A stretch of 63,327 nucleotides of DNA, counting the filler, from Phoronis australis (lineage: Eukaryota; Animalia; Phoronida), in the NCBI GenBank assembly GCA_002633005.1. It is 9 parts of 9 records of this genome, joined end to end, with 100 filler letters (N's around TTAATTAATTAA, not from the genome) between each part and the next. Parts side by side here need not be neighbours in the genome. Positions count along the whole stretch, not along the records: positions 47,862 to 52,713 come from NMRA01002475.1; positions 52,814 to 55,724 come from NMRA01003326.1; positions 55,825 to 60,396 come from NMRA01002549.1; positions 60,497 to 63,327 come from NMRA01003396.1; 5 more parts are not named here. One strand, written 5' to 3'. The notes below the pieces were generated by a model. The model was not told the DNA's origin. It ran no database searches and saw only the letters and a list, made by a program, of their open reading frames with translations. Position numbers and translations under genes: made by a program. Each line of letters starts with the position of its first letter. The stretch's first letter is position 1. This document shows positions 49,324 through 62,357 of this stretch, in pieces.

Positions 49324-52300
49324 CCGTGAGATTGTTAGTAAAAAGAGAAGCATATCGAAACATTTTCTAGAGGTGTGTACTTAACTTAACCGACCCCGAA
49401 CTAGAGCTGATTTGATTCGTATAATGCAGTCAAATAACGAACGGAAATTTGCCATCGAACCACCATTGGTCCGAAGTCGCAACATAGTACTACATTGTGC
49501 GCCCCCTTTAGGGTTACGCAAAATGAGTATAAACCAACTAAACTTGGGAAAAATTCTGGAACTTCAGATATCACCTTAAAAGATACAAAGCAGTACCAAT
49601 CTCGTCAGTATAATTATTATGAATTTATAACTTGTTAATGGTTTTATAATTCGCGTTATTTCCGAAACGATAAAATTGAAAATGAAACTGGCGTCATATT
49701 ATCAAATCAATATCGCACTTACTTTTTCAATTTCTCTATAAAATATTTCCAGCCAAACCAGTTACATTCAATTGTCATGGCTGACACATTACAAGATGCC
49801 GCGGCTCATACTGACCGACTGAAACAGTGGAGTCAGTGTTATCGGTATTTTTGAATTTACAGTAGACATTGTTACTATACACGTGGAAAATGGCGTGGTG
49901 ACACTAAGTACGCACTACAGAGCAAACGGCTCAATCTTCCATTTGTACCCCCAAACGGTTGAAGATAGATAACTAAGGGAAAAACCAAGCTGCACACATG
50001 AATACCAAGTCGATCCTTTCACGTTCGCTCGCGATTCTTTTCACATATTCAATTAAATCTCTATAAATTTCAATTAAAATTTGAACCCGTTCCTTTTTCT
50101 TCGTAATTCGTTCTTAAACTCTGTATACACTGTCGTTATTTGTATTCTGCGCTTCTTGAGTTCAAACTGAAGCGTCCTCGTTCTGTACGATCGTATTGAC
50201 TGACCTCCATTATTAACTTTTTAGAAGGCCGAGATACAAGTGTTGGTTAGTGTCTTTAGTGTTGCGCAATGTCAGCCACGAAATCCATTGTTAGTTGAAT
50301 ATTAACAGTTTCAGTCTGACTCTTGATTGCAACACATCTCCTGAGACTGTTTTGTTCGATCCCTCAGAACTGTCCTCGTCTTTTTCAGGGTTTGGGTTAC
50401 GATTTCTTTTTCAACGTTAACGCAGTGAATAAAACTCTTTACTTTTCATCTAATTAGCTTATCAACCACGCTTTTTGTACAAGTTTTTTTATTATTTTTA
50501 TTCACTGTTTACCAAAGGTAACGATGTCACTTATAATCACTTCGGAAACTGAAGGTAAGGTGGTAATTCGGATGGTTTGTAATCCAGTTGTTTGTATATA
50601 GCCTAACAGTGGAAGACTTTCCATCGACCCCTGTAGTTGTTAACTCCATTAGAAGCTGTGATACACTAAACAAGAACAACGCACCGCGAAAACTGCAATA
50701 AACTACATTTTATTTTCAATGTTGAAACGCACGCATCAAAAAGACAATCGTTGCAGCGCCGGAATATTCACCCCACGACAAAGACTATTTACTATCATCA
50801 TTAAGTAAATTAAGTCACTTGACTAATCTAATTATTTAAGAATTTACCTTCCGACTTTATGCTTGTGCGTCATGTGATGTCATTGGAAAAACGAGTGTTG
50901 AAAACACAGAGGGTGGAGGGAGCTTTTTATGGACATCATTTTTCCGCACACTTCTATACAGACAGAAAACCGCAGAAAAAAATAAGTACGTACTGTACTT
51001 AACCGGTTACGTTCAGTTTGCGCAAACCGTTGCGACTTTTTTTAAATCAAGCGTCGACGCAACAATGCTTTGGGGGTTTGTTGCATCCATATCAAAGACC
51101 AGGATTGATGTACACAAACAAATAAATGGTTCAAGTCGAGTTTTAGCCGTACCATTCATCAAACTCGAGTTCAACAAAATTTAGAAACACAAATTATAAA
51201 CACCACCGACGTCGGCTGTCCTGATCGAGCTGCGACACACCGACGCAAAGTAGTAGCTCTACCTATTGGGCTGACGAGGAGTTACCAGATGCGTCCCAGG
51301 TGAGCGGTTTACCTACCTCAAGTAAACAAAACATTTCATTTGTCCTGTACATAACCTCGACTTGAATGTTCGGGCAGAAAGGTTCGCTTTTGTAATGAGG
51401 AACCCGTGAATGCAGTCGGGTAGTCGTACTAGTTCGGAGGACCACGACTGAAGAGGTTTTGAGGGCCTTACACAGCACCTATGTCCGGCAGTGGATGTAT
51501 GCGTAGCCGATGTTTGAGACATCAGCTTCTCCGTAAAGTTCACTGTTTAACCAGGACTGTCTGAGGTAGGATAAAAACCCGTTTAACAATGAAAACAGGA
51601 CGTTAACACGGGATGATAGACACTACCCGCGGTGAACCAAACGGCCGGGGTTCTCAACACTGATGAGTTGAGATTGTAATTGCAATGTTACGTGCATCAC
51701 TCGTGCTACATTAGAGAATACATGATTCCTTTGAAGAAGTAGTGAACGTCACAGTATTTGTCGTTCATCCGAGTTTTGACTGTTTGTCTAGATTTTGTTT
51801 TCCCAATCCACTGAATAGGAATGGCATCCTTGGGAAAATGACACTGATTTTCGTTTGATCGATCACTATAGTCCTTCTTTGTAGCTTTGGAACCTCAACT
51901 GCCTCATTCTGTCTTTCAGAGACCGTTTCGATGTCGTTCATAAGCTGAGAGCAATATTCATAAACACTGTATTGGTCCTGGGTCATAAGTGTCCAAAAAG
52001 TTAGTTTTAAGTGTATGGGTCATGAGATGCTGCTCTCTGGACAGTCCATAACAATAACTTTTATCTTATCAGCAACCTAGCTGGAATAAAAACGACCAAC
52101 CAACCGTGATCTGCTCTGGATTTGAGGGAACAGTTGCACTTTTTATGGGGTGGAACTTAATTTCTTTTTATGACGACCCTGGTTGTACGCTTTGTGTGTG
52201 AATAGGATCCAAGTCAGTAATACTTCACCCGAACGGTGCTCATATTTCGTGTGAACTCCTTGAATTGTTTTGTGGTTCAGATCTGTCATGGCATAAGGAA

Positions 52301-53027
52301 AATATCAACAAAAAGCGATTCCCTGCTGCAGCGAGGCCGGTATGAATAGAAGAAGAAGGATTTGTCAAAATACCTGACATCATACAGACACTAAATGTGA
52401 CATAACCTCGTGTTAGTGTCATCGTTGATGAATTGAGTGTGTGTTAGTTCTAATAACACCCGCGCCGGTCTGACTTATTTTCATGTACTAACAAACGGAT
52501 AAGTCCCGGTTGCCATTGGTTCAACTGGTATAATCGTAATCAATGAATATAGGACCTAGCTACTTTATATATATACACCTACTGTTATATAATTTGGACG
52601 GTATAGTTATATACCCACGCCATCGGCTCCGCACCGATCGGTGTTGATAATTCGCAATATTGACCACTCAGTAATCATCGGTCATATTGACTGCTGTTAC
52701 GATAACGAAGTTTNNNNNNNNNNNNNNNNNNNNNNNNNNNNNNNNNNNNNNNNNNNNTTAATTAATTAANNNNNNNNNNNNNNNNNNNNNNNNNNNNNNN
52801 NNNNNNNNNNNNNGTGTGCTAAACGGGCAAGCGTGACCTACACATCACTGTGAAAAGACCACCAACTAAGGACCATAATACCCCTCAATCTGTGACATAG
52901 GGAATACGAGTTTTTAGTTGATTCCTTGCAAGATTGACGCCAATGATGCATTAGCAGGTAATTGAACGGGGATTGGTGGAAATCATCAAAACAGGGTTTA
53001 GTATCCTTTTATCTATGAATAAGTAAT

Positions 53028-53180
53028 CAGGGGCGGATCCAGGATTTTGAGTTAGGGGGCAGAGTATTAGCCAGGATTTTGCCCGTCAGACATTCGCACC
53101 CCGGAACTTCCAAATGGAGTATGGAAGAATTTTAGGGGGGCATGGCCCCCTTGGCCCCCCTCCCCCTAAATCCGTCACTG
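53028..53180. mobile_element. GC-rich MITE (caggggcggat...atccgtcactg)
   Basis: Imperfect TIR, flanks gtaat/ataat; related ends at ~31105-31130, ~55965-55990 and ~9360-9376. Confidence 0.6.
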
Positions 53181-53376
53181 ATAATGCACCGTATACCTTG
53201 CGAAGTCTACTCTGAGTGAGTTTTCTTCTGATCATGATATGGATTTTTGAACAACAAAATTACTTTTAACAATTTTATATACCCTTAATGATTGAGATAA
53301 TGTACTGTTTTGCAAGCCTGGATATGAAGATCACAACGTTTGTGTCAAAATTTACTTATAACTGAGGCGACATTGC

Positions 53377-53570
53377 CTACACCGTATTGCTCCCTAACAA
53401 CTCCATAACTACACCGTATTGCTCCCTAACAACTCCATAACTACACCGTATTGCTCCCTAACAACTCCATAACTACACCGTATTGCTCCCTAACAACTCC
53501 ATAACTACACCGTATTGCTCCCTAACAACTCCATAACTACTCCGTATTGCTCCCTAACAACTCCATAACT
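53377..53570. repeat. 32-bp minisatellite (ctacaccgtattgctccctaacaactccataa) x 6
   Basis: Read directly; period 32. Confidence 0.95.
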
Positions 53571-54146
53571 ATACGCAAATAACAATCGTTAGACGTTCGG
53601 GGCATAGCATTCTTAGAAATAGGTGTAATTCAGTTGTCACTCTACCAAGCTTTCCTCTCACTGCAGCGTTTGGGACATGCTGATCAAGTCGCAATAAAAC
53701 GATCACTTTGATTGTTCATCTAGTCAGGTGCGAAAAGAATTTGACTTCCACAATAGCATCGTTCATGTATTTCCAATTGAATCTCGTTAGGTTGACTTCG
53801 TGAACTTTTAAAGACCCCATTTTTTAGGTTTTCAATTTATATTTGTAATTTTCAATGTTTGACTTTTTAATAATGCAACAAGCGTGTTGTTTAATAAACA
53901 AATCACAATCTGACACCTTTTTCTGTGGTGTACGGAAGGGTCGAAAGGACACTAACGTACTTCTTACCTTTAATTGTCTAGTTAGCCTCGTTTGTTACCG
54001 CCAGGAGGGCGAATTCTTTTAAAGCCCCATGCACCTGTCAGAAGTCATTTGTCCCCACAGTTGCTAGGTCTTGAAAGTTTTGCAAATCAAAAGTTTTATA
54101 ATAAATTTGTAATATCCTACCTTCGGTGCTCTTATGAAACATACTT

Positions 54147-54401
54147 GGGCCTGTTCCAAGAAAACTAATTTAGCTAAGACAAATCTTAATTTTAAGACAA
54201 TTTTAAGATAAAACTAAAATTTGTCTCAAATCCGTTTAAGAAAGAGACTTTACGTTTGACTTAAGCTTTTTGGTATAACTTTTGGCTTCTAGTAATTTTG
54301 ACTAACTTGCCGGATGTGGAAGTTTCACAGTTTGGAAACTGAGACAAGTTTTAGACTTAAGTAAAAAATAAACTTAAGTCAGTTTCTTGGAACGAACCCC
54401 T
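54147..54401. mobile_element. MITE with GGG...CCC termini (PIF/Harbinger-like)
   Basis: gggcctgttccaagaaa...tttcttggaacgaaccc imperfect TIR with internal ttaag repeats. Confidence 0.5.
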
Positions 54402-54669
54402 GGATTATATGCTATTCACATGACCTTCACAAGAGCTCGCAGATACAACTTAAAAATTCACAACAGACAATCTACTTCCAGATGTCGTTTAGGCATAACT
54501 CTTGACCCCACACGGTATGCAAATTAGTTTCATTCAACTGTCTCGTTCAATGAAACACTCAGCAGAATTAAAAACTGACGCCATCTCGATAGGTTAGAGT
54601 TCAGTAACGCTGTTGTCTCTCTAGAAAAACAGTATCTCGAGAGATTCAACGAGATATCACTGTATATTT

Positions 54670-54920
54670 CATGCGCGCACCCGGCCTGAAATATAGAGGG
54701 GCTCGTATTTTTCGGTACGCCGACCTTCTCCTGAGAAATATCAACGAGGACTAAAAAACGGGGCCACTAGGTTCAGACCTACGAATTGTGCATCGATGTT
54801 GGGGACTTTTGTCTTCTTTGCTCGGACTTTTTGTTTCATTGAGGCGGACCTTTATGCCCAATTCGCCAAATTGGGGGCTCGTTCTAGCCCCCCGACCCCC
54901 GCCCCGTGGGTGCGCCCATG
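54670..54920. mobile_element. CATG-ended MITE with 5-bp TSD (tattt)
   Basis: catgcgcgcaccc...gggtgcgcccatg, with tattt on both flanks. Confidence 0.85.
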
Positions 54921-56150
54921 TATTTTCAATTAGAGCATTGAACTCGACCCGCCAGCATTGTTGTNTCGAAAATACAAAATCGTCGGTAAATATCGCCAAC
55001 GAACTACGTGAATCGATCTACTTCATCGTGAGAAGTTCACGCACTGTCTTGCTTCATTGATCATTACAACCACAAGAGGAAACGTAAGTTAATGTACAAC
55101 GTTTAACCCAAATTCTGTTCTACGAACTTTCTGCCCGTTTGTGTCTGTATATATTTATTTACGTGTGTGTACGCCAGACAGGTTTCGTGCTCACATGCAG
55201 CGTGAGCTTTGATCCGTGTTTTTAAAGTGAAATCATTTGTTCAATTTTTATACCGTGTGTTAGTATTTTCAGTGAACTTAAGTTCATTGATTTTTACGAC
55301 TTTGGCTTTATCAAATTAGCGGTGCGTAGTACCTTAAGGTATCATTGGTTAAACTGCAAGGAGCGTGTTATTTGATAATAGAAACAATTCACTGTTAACA
55401 CAGCGGCTTGTTTTATAAGAGGATTCGCGACCTTTTTGATGGTAAGTCTGGTTTACACATGTGACTATTTCTGAAATTAATAGATGTATTACTTAAATGA
55501 GACTTGAAAGACCTTATAACTTTTGTTGATATTGGAACACTTGCTCGTTTAAGTTGTTGTACAAGTTTAAAAGGACGCAAAGCTTAAACTTTTTGGAGAG
55601 ACTAAATGTATCATTATTAGGCCTTTCCAGGAAGGCAGTTTTTTTAGATTTTTTTTGTTTTCACCATATACCCATGCGTCATCATTAATTCAAAACCACC
55701 TGTTCCCTGTTTACGGTCGCTTAANNNNNNNNNNNNNNNNNNNNNNNNNNNNNNNNNNNNNNNNNNNNTTAATTAATTAANNNNNNNNNNNNNNNNNNNN
55801 NNNNNNNNNNNNNNNNNNNNNNNNTCAAAAATAAAAATTGAAAAAAACATTCGCCAGAAAAATGAAATCAGCAACTAAAAACGACAAAAGGGGGGAAACC
55901 TTCTTTCCGCTCGACGCTACGCGCCTCGGATTGACTCGAATCCGGCTAACAGCCCCCCTCAAGTTACTGAAAACGTAGATCTGCCACTGTCGTATCATCA
56001 GTGTCGTATTGTCCTCAAATATGTTGAGTAAACCGATATATAGTTGAATCCACCCAACCCCATCCGTATCTACTCATCACTAATGATATGCTTTCTGGGT
56101 AAATAAAACGTATTGAAAAAAAAAACTGTGGAAACTCAGGCTTATACCTG

Positions 56151-56309
56151 CAGTGCTGTAGTGGGGCGCGGTAGGCGCACGTAGGCGCAGCCAACCACCT
56201 TTTGGCATTTGAACGTATCGCCTACGCACGGTAAGTTACGTTCATAGCTCAAGGTGATACGGTGGGCTTTGGGCGCCTACTTACCTCTAATTTTACCTCT
56301 ACAGCACTG
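56151..56309. mobile_element. Small MITE with CAGTGCTGTAG TIR (hAT-like)
   Basis: cagtgctgtag...ctacagcactg; flanks tatacctg/cttacctg look like a degenerate 8-bp TSD. Confidence 0.65.
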
Positions 56310-57203
56310 CTTACCTGTCCATGATTCTGCAGAAGTCCTCTGCAAGGTGTTCGGGGAATGCATGAGTTCAACGCACAATTCTGTCATTTTTGCCATGGAA
56401 TTAAATTTTTCAGAAATTCTGAGATAGTTCAGAAAACATCTGTCTTATTTTATTATTTTGCAGATATTTTTCGTTCTGTAGTGTTCAACCAAAATTGATA
56501 TTTTTCCTTATTTCAGTCCATCCATGAGTCACCCTCCCATTTAGGCCTATGAGGCGGCTTCCTGTCCGAAAGCTAATAGAAAATACCGCCACCTATGGGT
56601 GATAAATTAAATGTAGTTCCCAAAATATTCATACGCTCAATAATGTATAGAAAAAAATCTATATATAATACAAGCCTGTATATGTATAAAGCTTCGAGAA
56701 GCACAATGTATTGGCAAAAATCGTTATGATAGCTTTTGACAATGCCAAGTGGTATTGAAGCATTTGATCTCGTTTTGCTGCGCATATGCATGTGAGAAAA
56801 CATGTTCATCTATTAGTGATGTCTTGTCGAGTTATCAAGGAATGGTAAGCTGTCGTTTGTTAGAAATCTTTACACACTGTTACTGGAGACACAATTGTGG
56901 AAACAAATGTGTTTAAACATTTCGTGTGTGAAATTGTCTCCAGGTTCTGTTTCATCGGACGATCGACCAACAACACTTTGATCTCCCCATAAATAAGTTT
57001 TACCTGCGTTCATGCTCGACTTCCGGTTTACTCTACCTCTCATGACTTTTTACACTCGCGACCTGGTGTGGGCCTGTCCGACGGGATTAAATTACTCAGC
57101 CGGGGGATCAAACTGAACTGAGTTGAACTGTCTGAAACATGCAATATGAACTCAAAGTTTAAATTTATTATTTCCGTGTTGCTTGAATCTCTCAGGCAAC
57201 CCC

Positions 57204-58886
57204 TAGCCAGCAAGCTAGCTGTCTATTAGGCAATGACCATCGCCTCTGTTGGCCCGAAGCAGAGGCGATGTAGAGGCTATAGGCGCTCTGTACGCCGGAA
57301 GCTTTTCGGCGAATTATGCCTCGCACCGACTAAACCATCAAAGTCACGTTGTTACAAATACCTTTTGCGCATAGAGGAACACCTTAGGAGGTTGTCGATG
57401 TGTTTAATTCCTTCCAACTCGAACAAATACTCCCGTTATGAAACTTTTTCTTCGAGCAGTCCCTATTTCAGTTCCCAAAATCGTGAACTCAACTTTTTTA
57501 TACTGCGCACGCTCCAATTCATGACCTCAATCTTTAAATAGGCCAAAGGTGAGCCATTGCGGTCTTGGCAGTCAAATGTTCGTTTCCAAAATGCCACCAC
57601 TTATACTTGTCTTTAATTGGCGTTACTTGAAACTGATTGTATTTCAATGAATCATTGTTTGTATTTGATAAAAACAAATGCTGTTGATATGACATTTAAT
57701 AGTCTTTTTGCACATATTTGACATTTTAATGTTTAACAACACGGCAAATGCACGGCTGGTTCCCGGCAGCACGTACGCGAAGGGCGGGAACTTCAGCTTT
57801 CAAAGTTCGCCGGTAGGTCCGCAACTTCTGACCTTCGGCCTGGTTAAAAAAATGAAAAAGTTGAGTTCACGATTTTGGGAACTGAAATAGGGACTGCTCG
57901 AAGAAAAAGTTTCATAACGGGAGTATTTGTTCGAGTTGGAAGGAATTAAACACATCGACAACCTCCTAAGGTGTTCCTCTATGCGCAAAAGGTATTTGTA
58001 ACAACGTGACTTTGATGGTTTAGTCGGTGCGAGGCATAATTCGCCGAAAAGCTCCCGGCGTACAGAGCGCCTATAGCCTCTACATCGCCTCTGGTTCGGG
58101 CCAACAGAGGCGATGGTCATTGCCTAGCTGTCTATCTGACTATCATCAAAATACAGCTAGGTACCACTGTGTGTTTTTCTTCCATAGACCCCGAAATTAC
58201 ACAAAGCCAGGGTAGTTCTGCTCGTCAACTTGCCGTGAAACCTGTATCAACATGTAGAGCTAAAGACGGGATGGAGAGCATGCTAAATCTGGGAATCAAA
58301 CAGCACTCGCCTTGCCCGTTACAGCCGTTTAAGTGGAAAACAATCTAATAAATGTCATTTTCTTGGGTAATTCTCCGCCTTTTCTAACAAAGAAAAGTTA
58401 TGTTGTCGTATTGAAAACAGTACGCTCGTGACATGCGCATGTGCCATTTCCTAAATTTTGCGACATCTCTCGGGAGATGATGATAGCTTGGCAGCAGCAA
58501 AATTTCTTCTGAAATTCGGTTTTTTTGGTATCAAAATTCTAAAAACTTATAATGAAGTGAAACCAGTTGCGATAATTTGTTGTGATGTGTACGCAACCTC
58601 ATGAAAGAACAACAGTTGATTGAAGTATTGGCGAAAAAAGAAACTGGTCAATAGGTGACGCAATATTTCATGGCGACGAAAGCCTTCGCTAAAGATTGCT
58701 CCACAACTTTAGCAGCAGAATAATGGTAGAACGCCATTTTTTCCAACACCATTAAATAATTTAGTTTACTCAAGGAAGACTGTAGTTTTTAATGACAATA
58801 ATTTTGTGTCAGATTTTATCTTACCAGTTTTTTACCCACATTGGTGCAAAGCTGTGTATTTAGTATACAGCTGTCTACCATGGCTA
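57204..58886 (+). mobile_element. ~760-bp interspersed element, copy 2, interrupted by the long-TIR element
   Basis: tagccagcaagctagctgt at 57204 resumes after 58135 as gactatcatcaaaatacagctagg, matching copy 1. Confidence 0.85.
57227..58126. mobile_element. Non-autonomous DNA transposon with ~270-bp TIRs and 9-bp TSD (Mutator-like)
   Basis: taggcaatgaccatcg...cgatggtcattgccta; near-identical inverted arms at 57227-57500 and ~57855-58126; gctgtctat duplicated at 57218-57226 and 58127-58135. Confidence 0.88.
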
Positions 58887-58970
58887 GGGGACTCTTAACC
58901 AAGGCTAGGGGACTCTTAACCAAGGCTAGGGGACTCTTAACCAAGGCTAGGGGACTCTTAACCAAGGCTA
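58878..58970. repeat. 21-bp tandem repeat (ccaaggctaggggactcttaa) x ~4.4
   Basis: Read directly; the unit includes the terminal ccaaggcta of the 760-bp element. Confidence 0.92.
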
Positions 58971-59491
58971 GGCAACATGTATCCCATCGGTTGGCCCATT
59001 AGGGGCTACAATACTTCCCATCGCTTTCTGTACGAATTTCATCCCGTTTATTTTAAACAGGCGGTAGGCCAAATCCAGTCACCGATTAAGAGTTTTCACC
59101 TCGTCAAAAATGCATTACACACTTAAAACTATCTCTTAAAAAAGTGCTTACCTTCTTCAGTGGTCCTTTCTACTTGTACACATATCTTCGATGAAGCTTA
59201 GTTACGAAAATTAAGGTGACTTGGCAAAAAATTCCAGCTCCACTTTTTTGGTCACCGTTAACTTTTTCACCATGCGCGCGATAACCACAAAGTATTTCAA
59301 CTGAGTCACGTGTAGCATGACTGAATTGTCTCCAGACTTATGGTATGTGTTATTATAACTCTATGTGCATATATGCATGTTTCATTTGATTTTATTTCCT
59401 GTGTTTTGAAATTCGCAACTTTTTGTGGGGATGTACTATCGCCCCTTTATGCCTATGGCATCCAGGGCGCTGTAATTGCTTATCTCTACTT

Positions 59492-60244
59492 TAGCCTTGA
59501 TACAAAGCTGTATACTAAATATAAGTAGCTTTGGGCCGATGAGGGTAAAAAATGACCAGATAAAATATCACACAAAATTAGTGTCATTAAAAACTATACA
59601 CTTATTTGAGTAAATAAAACTATTTTCTGGTTTTGGAAAAATTGACGTTCTACTGTTATTATGCTGCTAAAGTTGTAGAGCGATTTTCTGCGTCGGCTTT
59701 CGGCTCCATGAAATATGGCCATTTTCTTTTTTCACCAATTCTTCAATCAACTGTTGTTCTTTCGTGAGGTTGCGTACACGTCACAACAAATTATCGAAAC
59801 TGGTTTCATTTCATTACTAGTTTTTAAAATTTTGATATCAGCAAACTGAATTTAAGAAGAAATTTTGCTGCTGCCAAGCTACCATCATCTCCCAAGAGAT
59901 GTCGCAAAAACTTAGGAAATGGTGCGTGTGTGTGTATTGTTTTCGAAACAACAATGTAACTTTGCTTTGTTAGAAAAGGCATAGGATTACGCAAGAAAAT
60001 TGACGTTTATTAGATTGTTTTCCACTTAAACGGCTATAACGGGCAAGGTGAGTGTTGTTTGATTCCCAAATTTTGCATGCACCCCGTCCAGTCTCTAGCT
60101 CTACATGTTGATACAGGTTTCACGGTGAGTTGACGAGCAGAAGTACCCTGGATGTGTACATTTTCGGGGTCTATGGAAGAAAAACACACACTGGTACCTA
60201 GCTGTATTTTGACGATAGTCTTCATGCTGCTAGCTGGCTGGCTA
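59492..60244 (-). mobile_element. ~760-bp interspersed element, copy 3 (inverted)
   Basis: Reverse complement of copies 1 and 2; ends ...gctagctggctggcta. Confidence 0.85.
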
Positions 60245-62357
60245 GAATCTCTGCTACTTCATTACATCATTCAGACGTCATGCAGCCAGGTTGTCATTTC
60301 AACCAGTAAAAGCGGCGGATGACACCGGGAAGAATGAGTTTGTGATCTATTTTGAAATCAAAATACATCACGTCATACCTGGTCAGCTCGCTAAATNNNN
60401 NNNNNNNNNNNNNNNNNNNNNNNNNNNNNNNNNNNNNNNNTTAATTAATTAANNNNNNNNNNNNNNNNNNNNNNNNNNNNNNNNNNNNNNNNNNNNGGGG
60501 GGGGGGGGGAATTTGCAGTTTCTGTTCCACAACCAAGTGTCTTAAAGGCGTCTCTGGTGTTAGGGGTTGCAGCCCAGGTGTAACATCACCATCACAGCAT
60601 ATGACTGGCACAGTCGCAGAGACTCGCTCAGTCAATGATGCAACGCCATTTTAGACAATGACGGATACACACAGGCAGCAGCACTGGTGTACATTTGAGA
60701 CAATGACATGAATACAACACTGTTAAAGTTAACTGCACAGATGCAACAGTGCTTATTCTCCAAAGAGCTCTTGCCTCAGCTACATTTAAACTATCATCGC
60801 CATCAACTGAAGTAGCTCCAAAGGCAGTTCTCAGACAGCACCTTAGTGTACCTCGGCGTCAAATTATCCACACCCTAACCATGCCAATAGGGGGGCCCTT
60901 TTACTGTTAAACTGTAACTTCGCTATCAACTCTGCACTATTACTGCGGATTCGTTCGACAAAAGTTCAAGGTTATGAATCATAATTGATCACCAATGCGC
61001 CAGCACAGAACTTCATGACATCTGTCCACATACATTTATGATTTCTATATGTCAGTGTTTTTCTAGTCACAGTCGAGATGATCATATTAAAATTTAATAA
61101 ACCCGCTTCAACAAAAACTCATTTTCCGTAAAAGTACAACATCCAGTCATGCATATCTAGATGCGACGAACCATGAAAAAAATTCAGTTACCCGCACTAG
61201 ACAACTGATGAAATAGCACCCCAGCTTCAACACGATTAATCTACACCTTCTTACTAAATTTATGCAAGGAAAAAATTTATGCAAGGAAAAAATGAGCAAA
61301 TGAAAAATGAGACAGTGTTACAACCACATTGGCAATTTACATCAGTGACACCTGGTGATATCACTTCAGCCTGAACATCCCAGATGAGATGAGACATATT
61401 TACATCTAGGTAATTATTCATCTATTTAGCACACAAGATCGGGACAAGTGAAATTTCGTTTTGTCAAAAAATAAAAAGAAAATTTTAGTCTGTTGTTGTG
61501 TTTTGTTAATTTGGTTTCTAGTGTTCAGATGCCATAAATCAACAATTACTAGTGTTTCAACATTTACATTTGAAAAATAGAAAAAATTACAATTTTGCCA
61601 ATTATTTTTGTGAGAAATAAATGAAGATGATGCATGCAGAACAAACTGACAAAAAATATATTTGTTAGAAGGTCAAAAACTTTATTTAAAGTCCTTTTTC
61701 GCTACAAAGCCAATAGAGAGGTTTCACTATCTACAGTTTATCTGTAAAGCTTACATTTTTGTAACTGCCTAGAATTGTCCGGCAACATCCTGAGTTTCAT
61801 TTCCTTGCAAAAGGATTTTTATAGAGTCGACATTCTAAAGGTACAGGTACCCCTTATCAAAGTTGCCTACCGCAGTAAAATATAACAGCATCCAAACAGC
61901 GCCTGTAGGTTTCAGTGATTGCCAAAACTGGTAGTTCAAAAGTGGACTACATAGCTATACTGTTATCAAAAGAGCCTGCAATACACGTTCAGGGCTGGAA
62001 CCCTTTTGTTTTTTAATGCGGCCAGTTAGCGTTCCAAAGTACACACGAAAAAACCAAGGACCGAATGGAATTCATAAGACTGGTTCAACCGCACGATTCA
62101 TAACCGCAACACTACAAAACGCATGTAACCAGACTACAATGCCGTTTCACCATAATTCTGTTATTGGCAAAATCGACTGGTTATAATTGTTATTGTAGTA
62201 AAACTTTAAAAACATAATGGCTCAGACACCTTACTAACTTTTCTGTTAATTCTCCTTCATAGCTGGTCATGGCAAAGACTATTCTGACAGTGAATTCGGC
62301 TTCTGTCCAATCATGACAGAGAATTCCAGGTCATTTTGTCTGAATACTTTTGTACTA

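Noticed and set aside
57233-58120. Two near-identical ~100-aa proteins on opposite strands
   Set aside because: They are the two TIR arms of one transposon; no coding signature.
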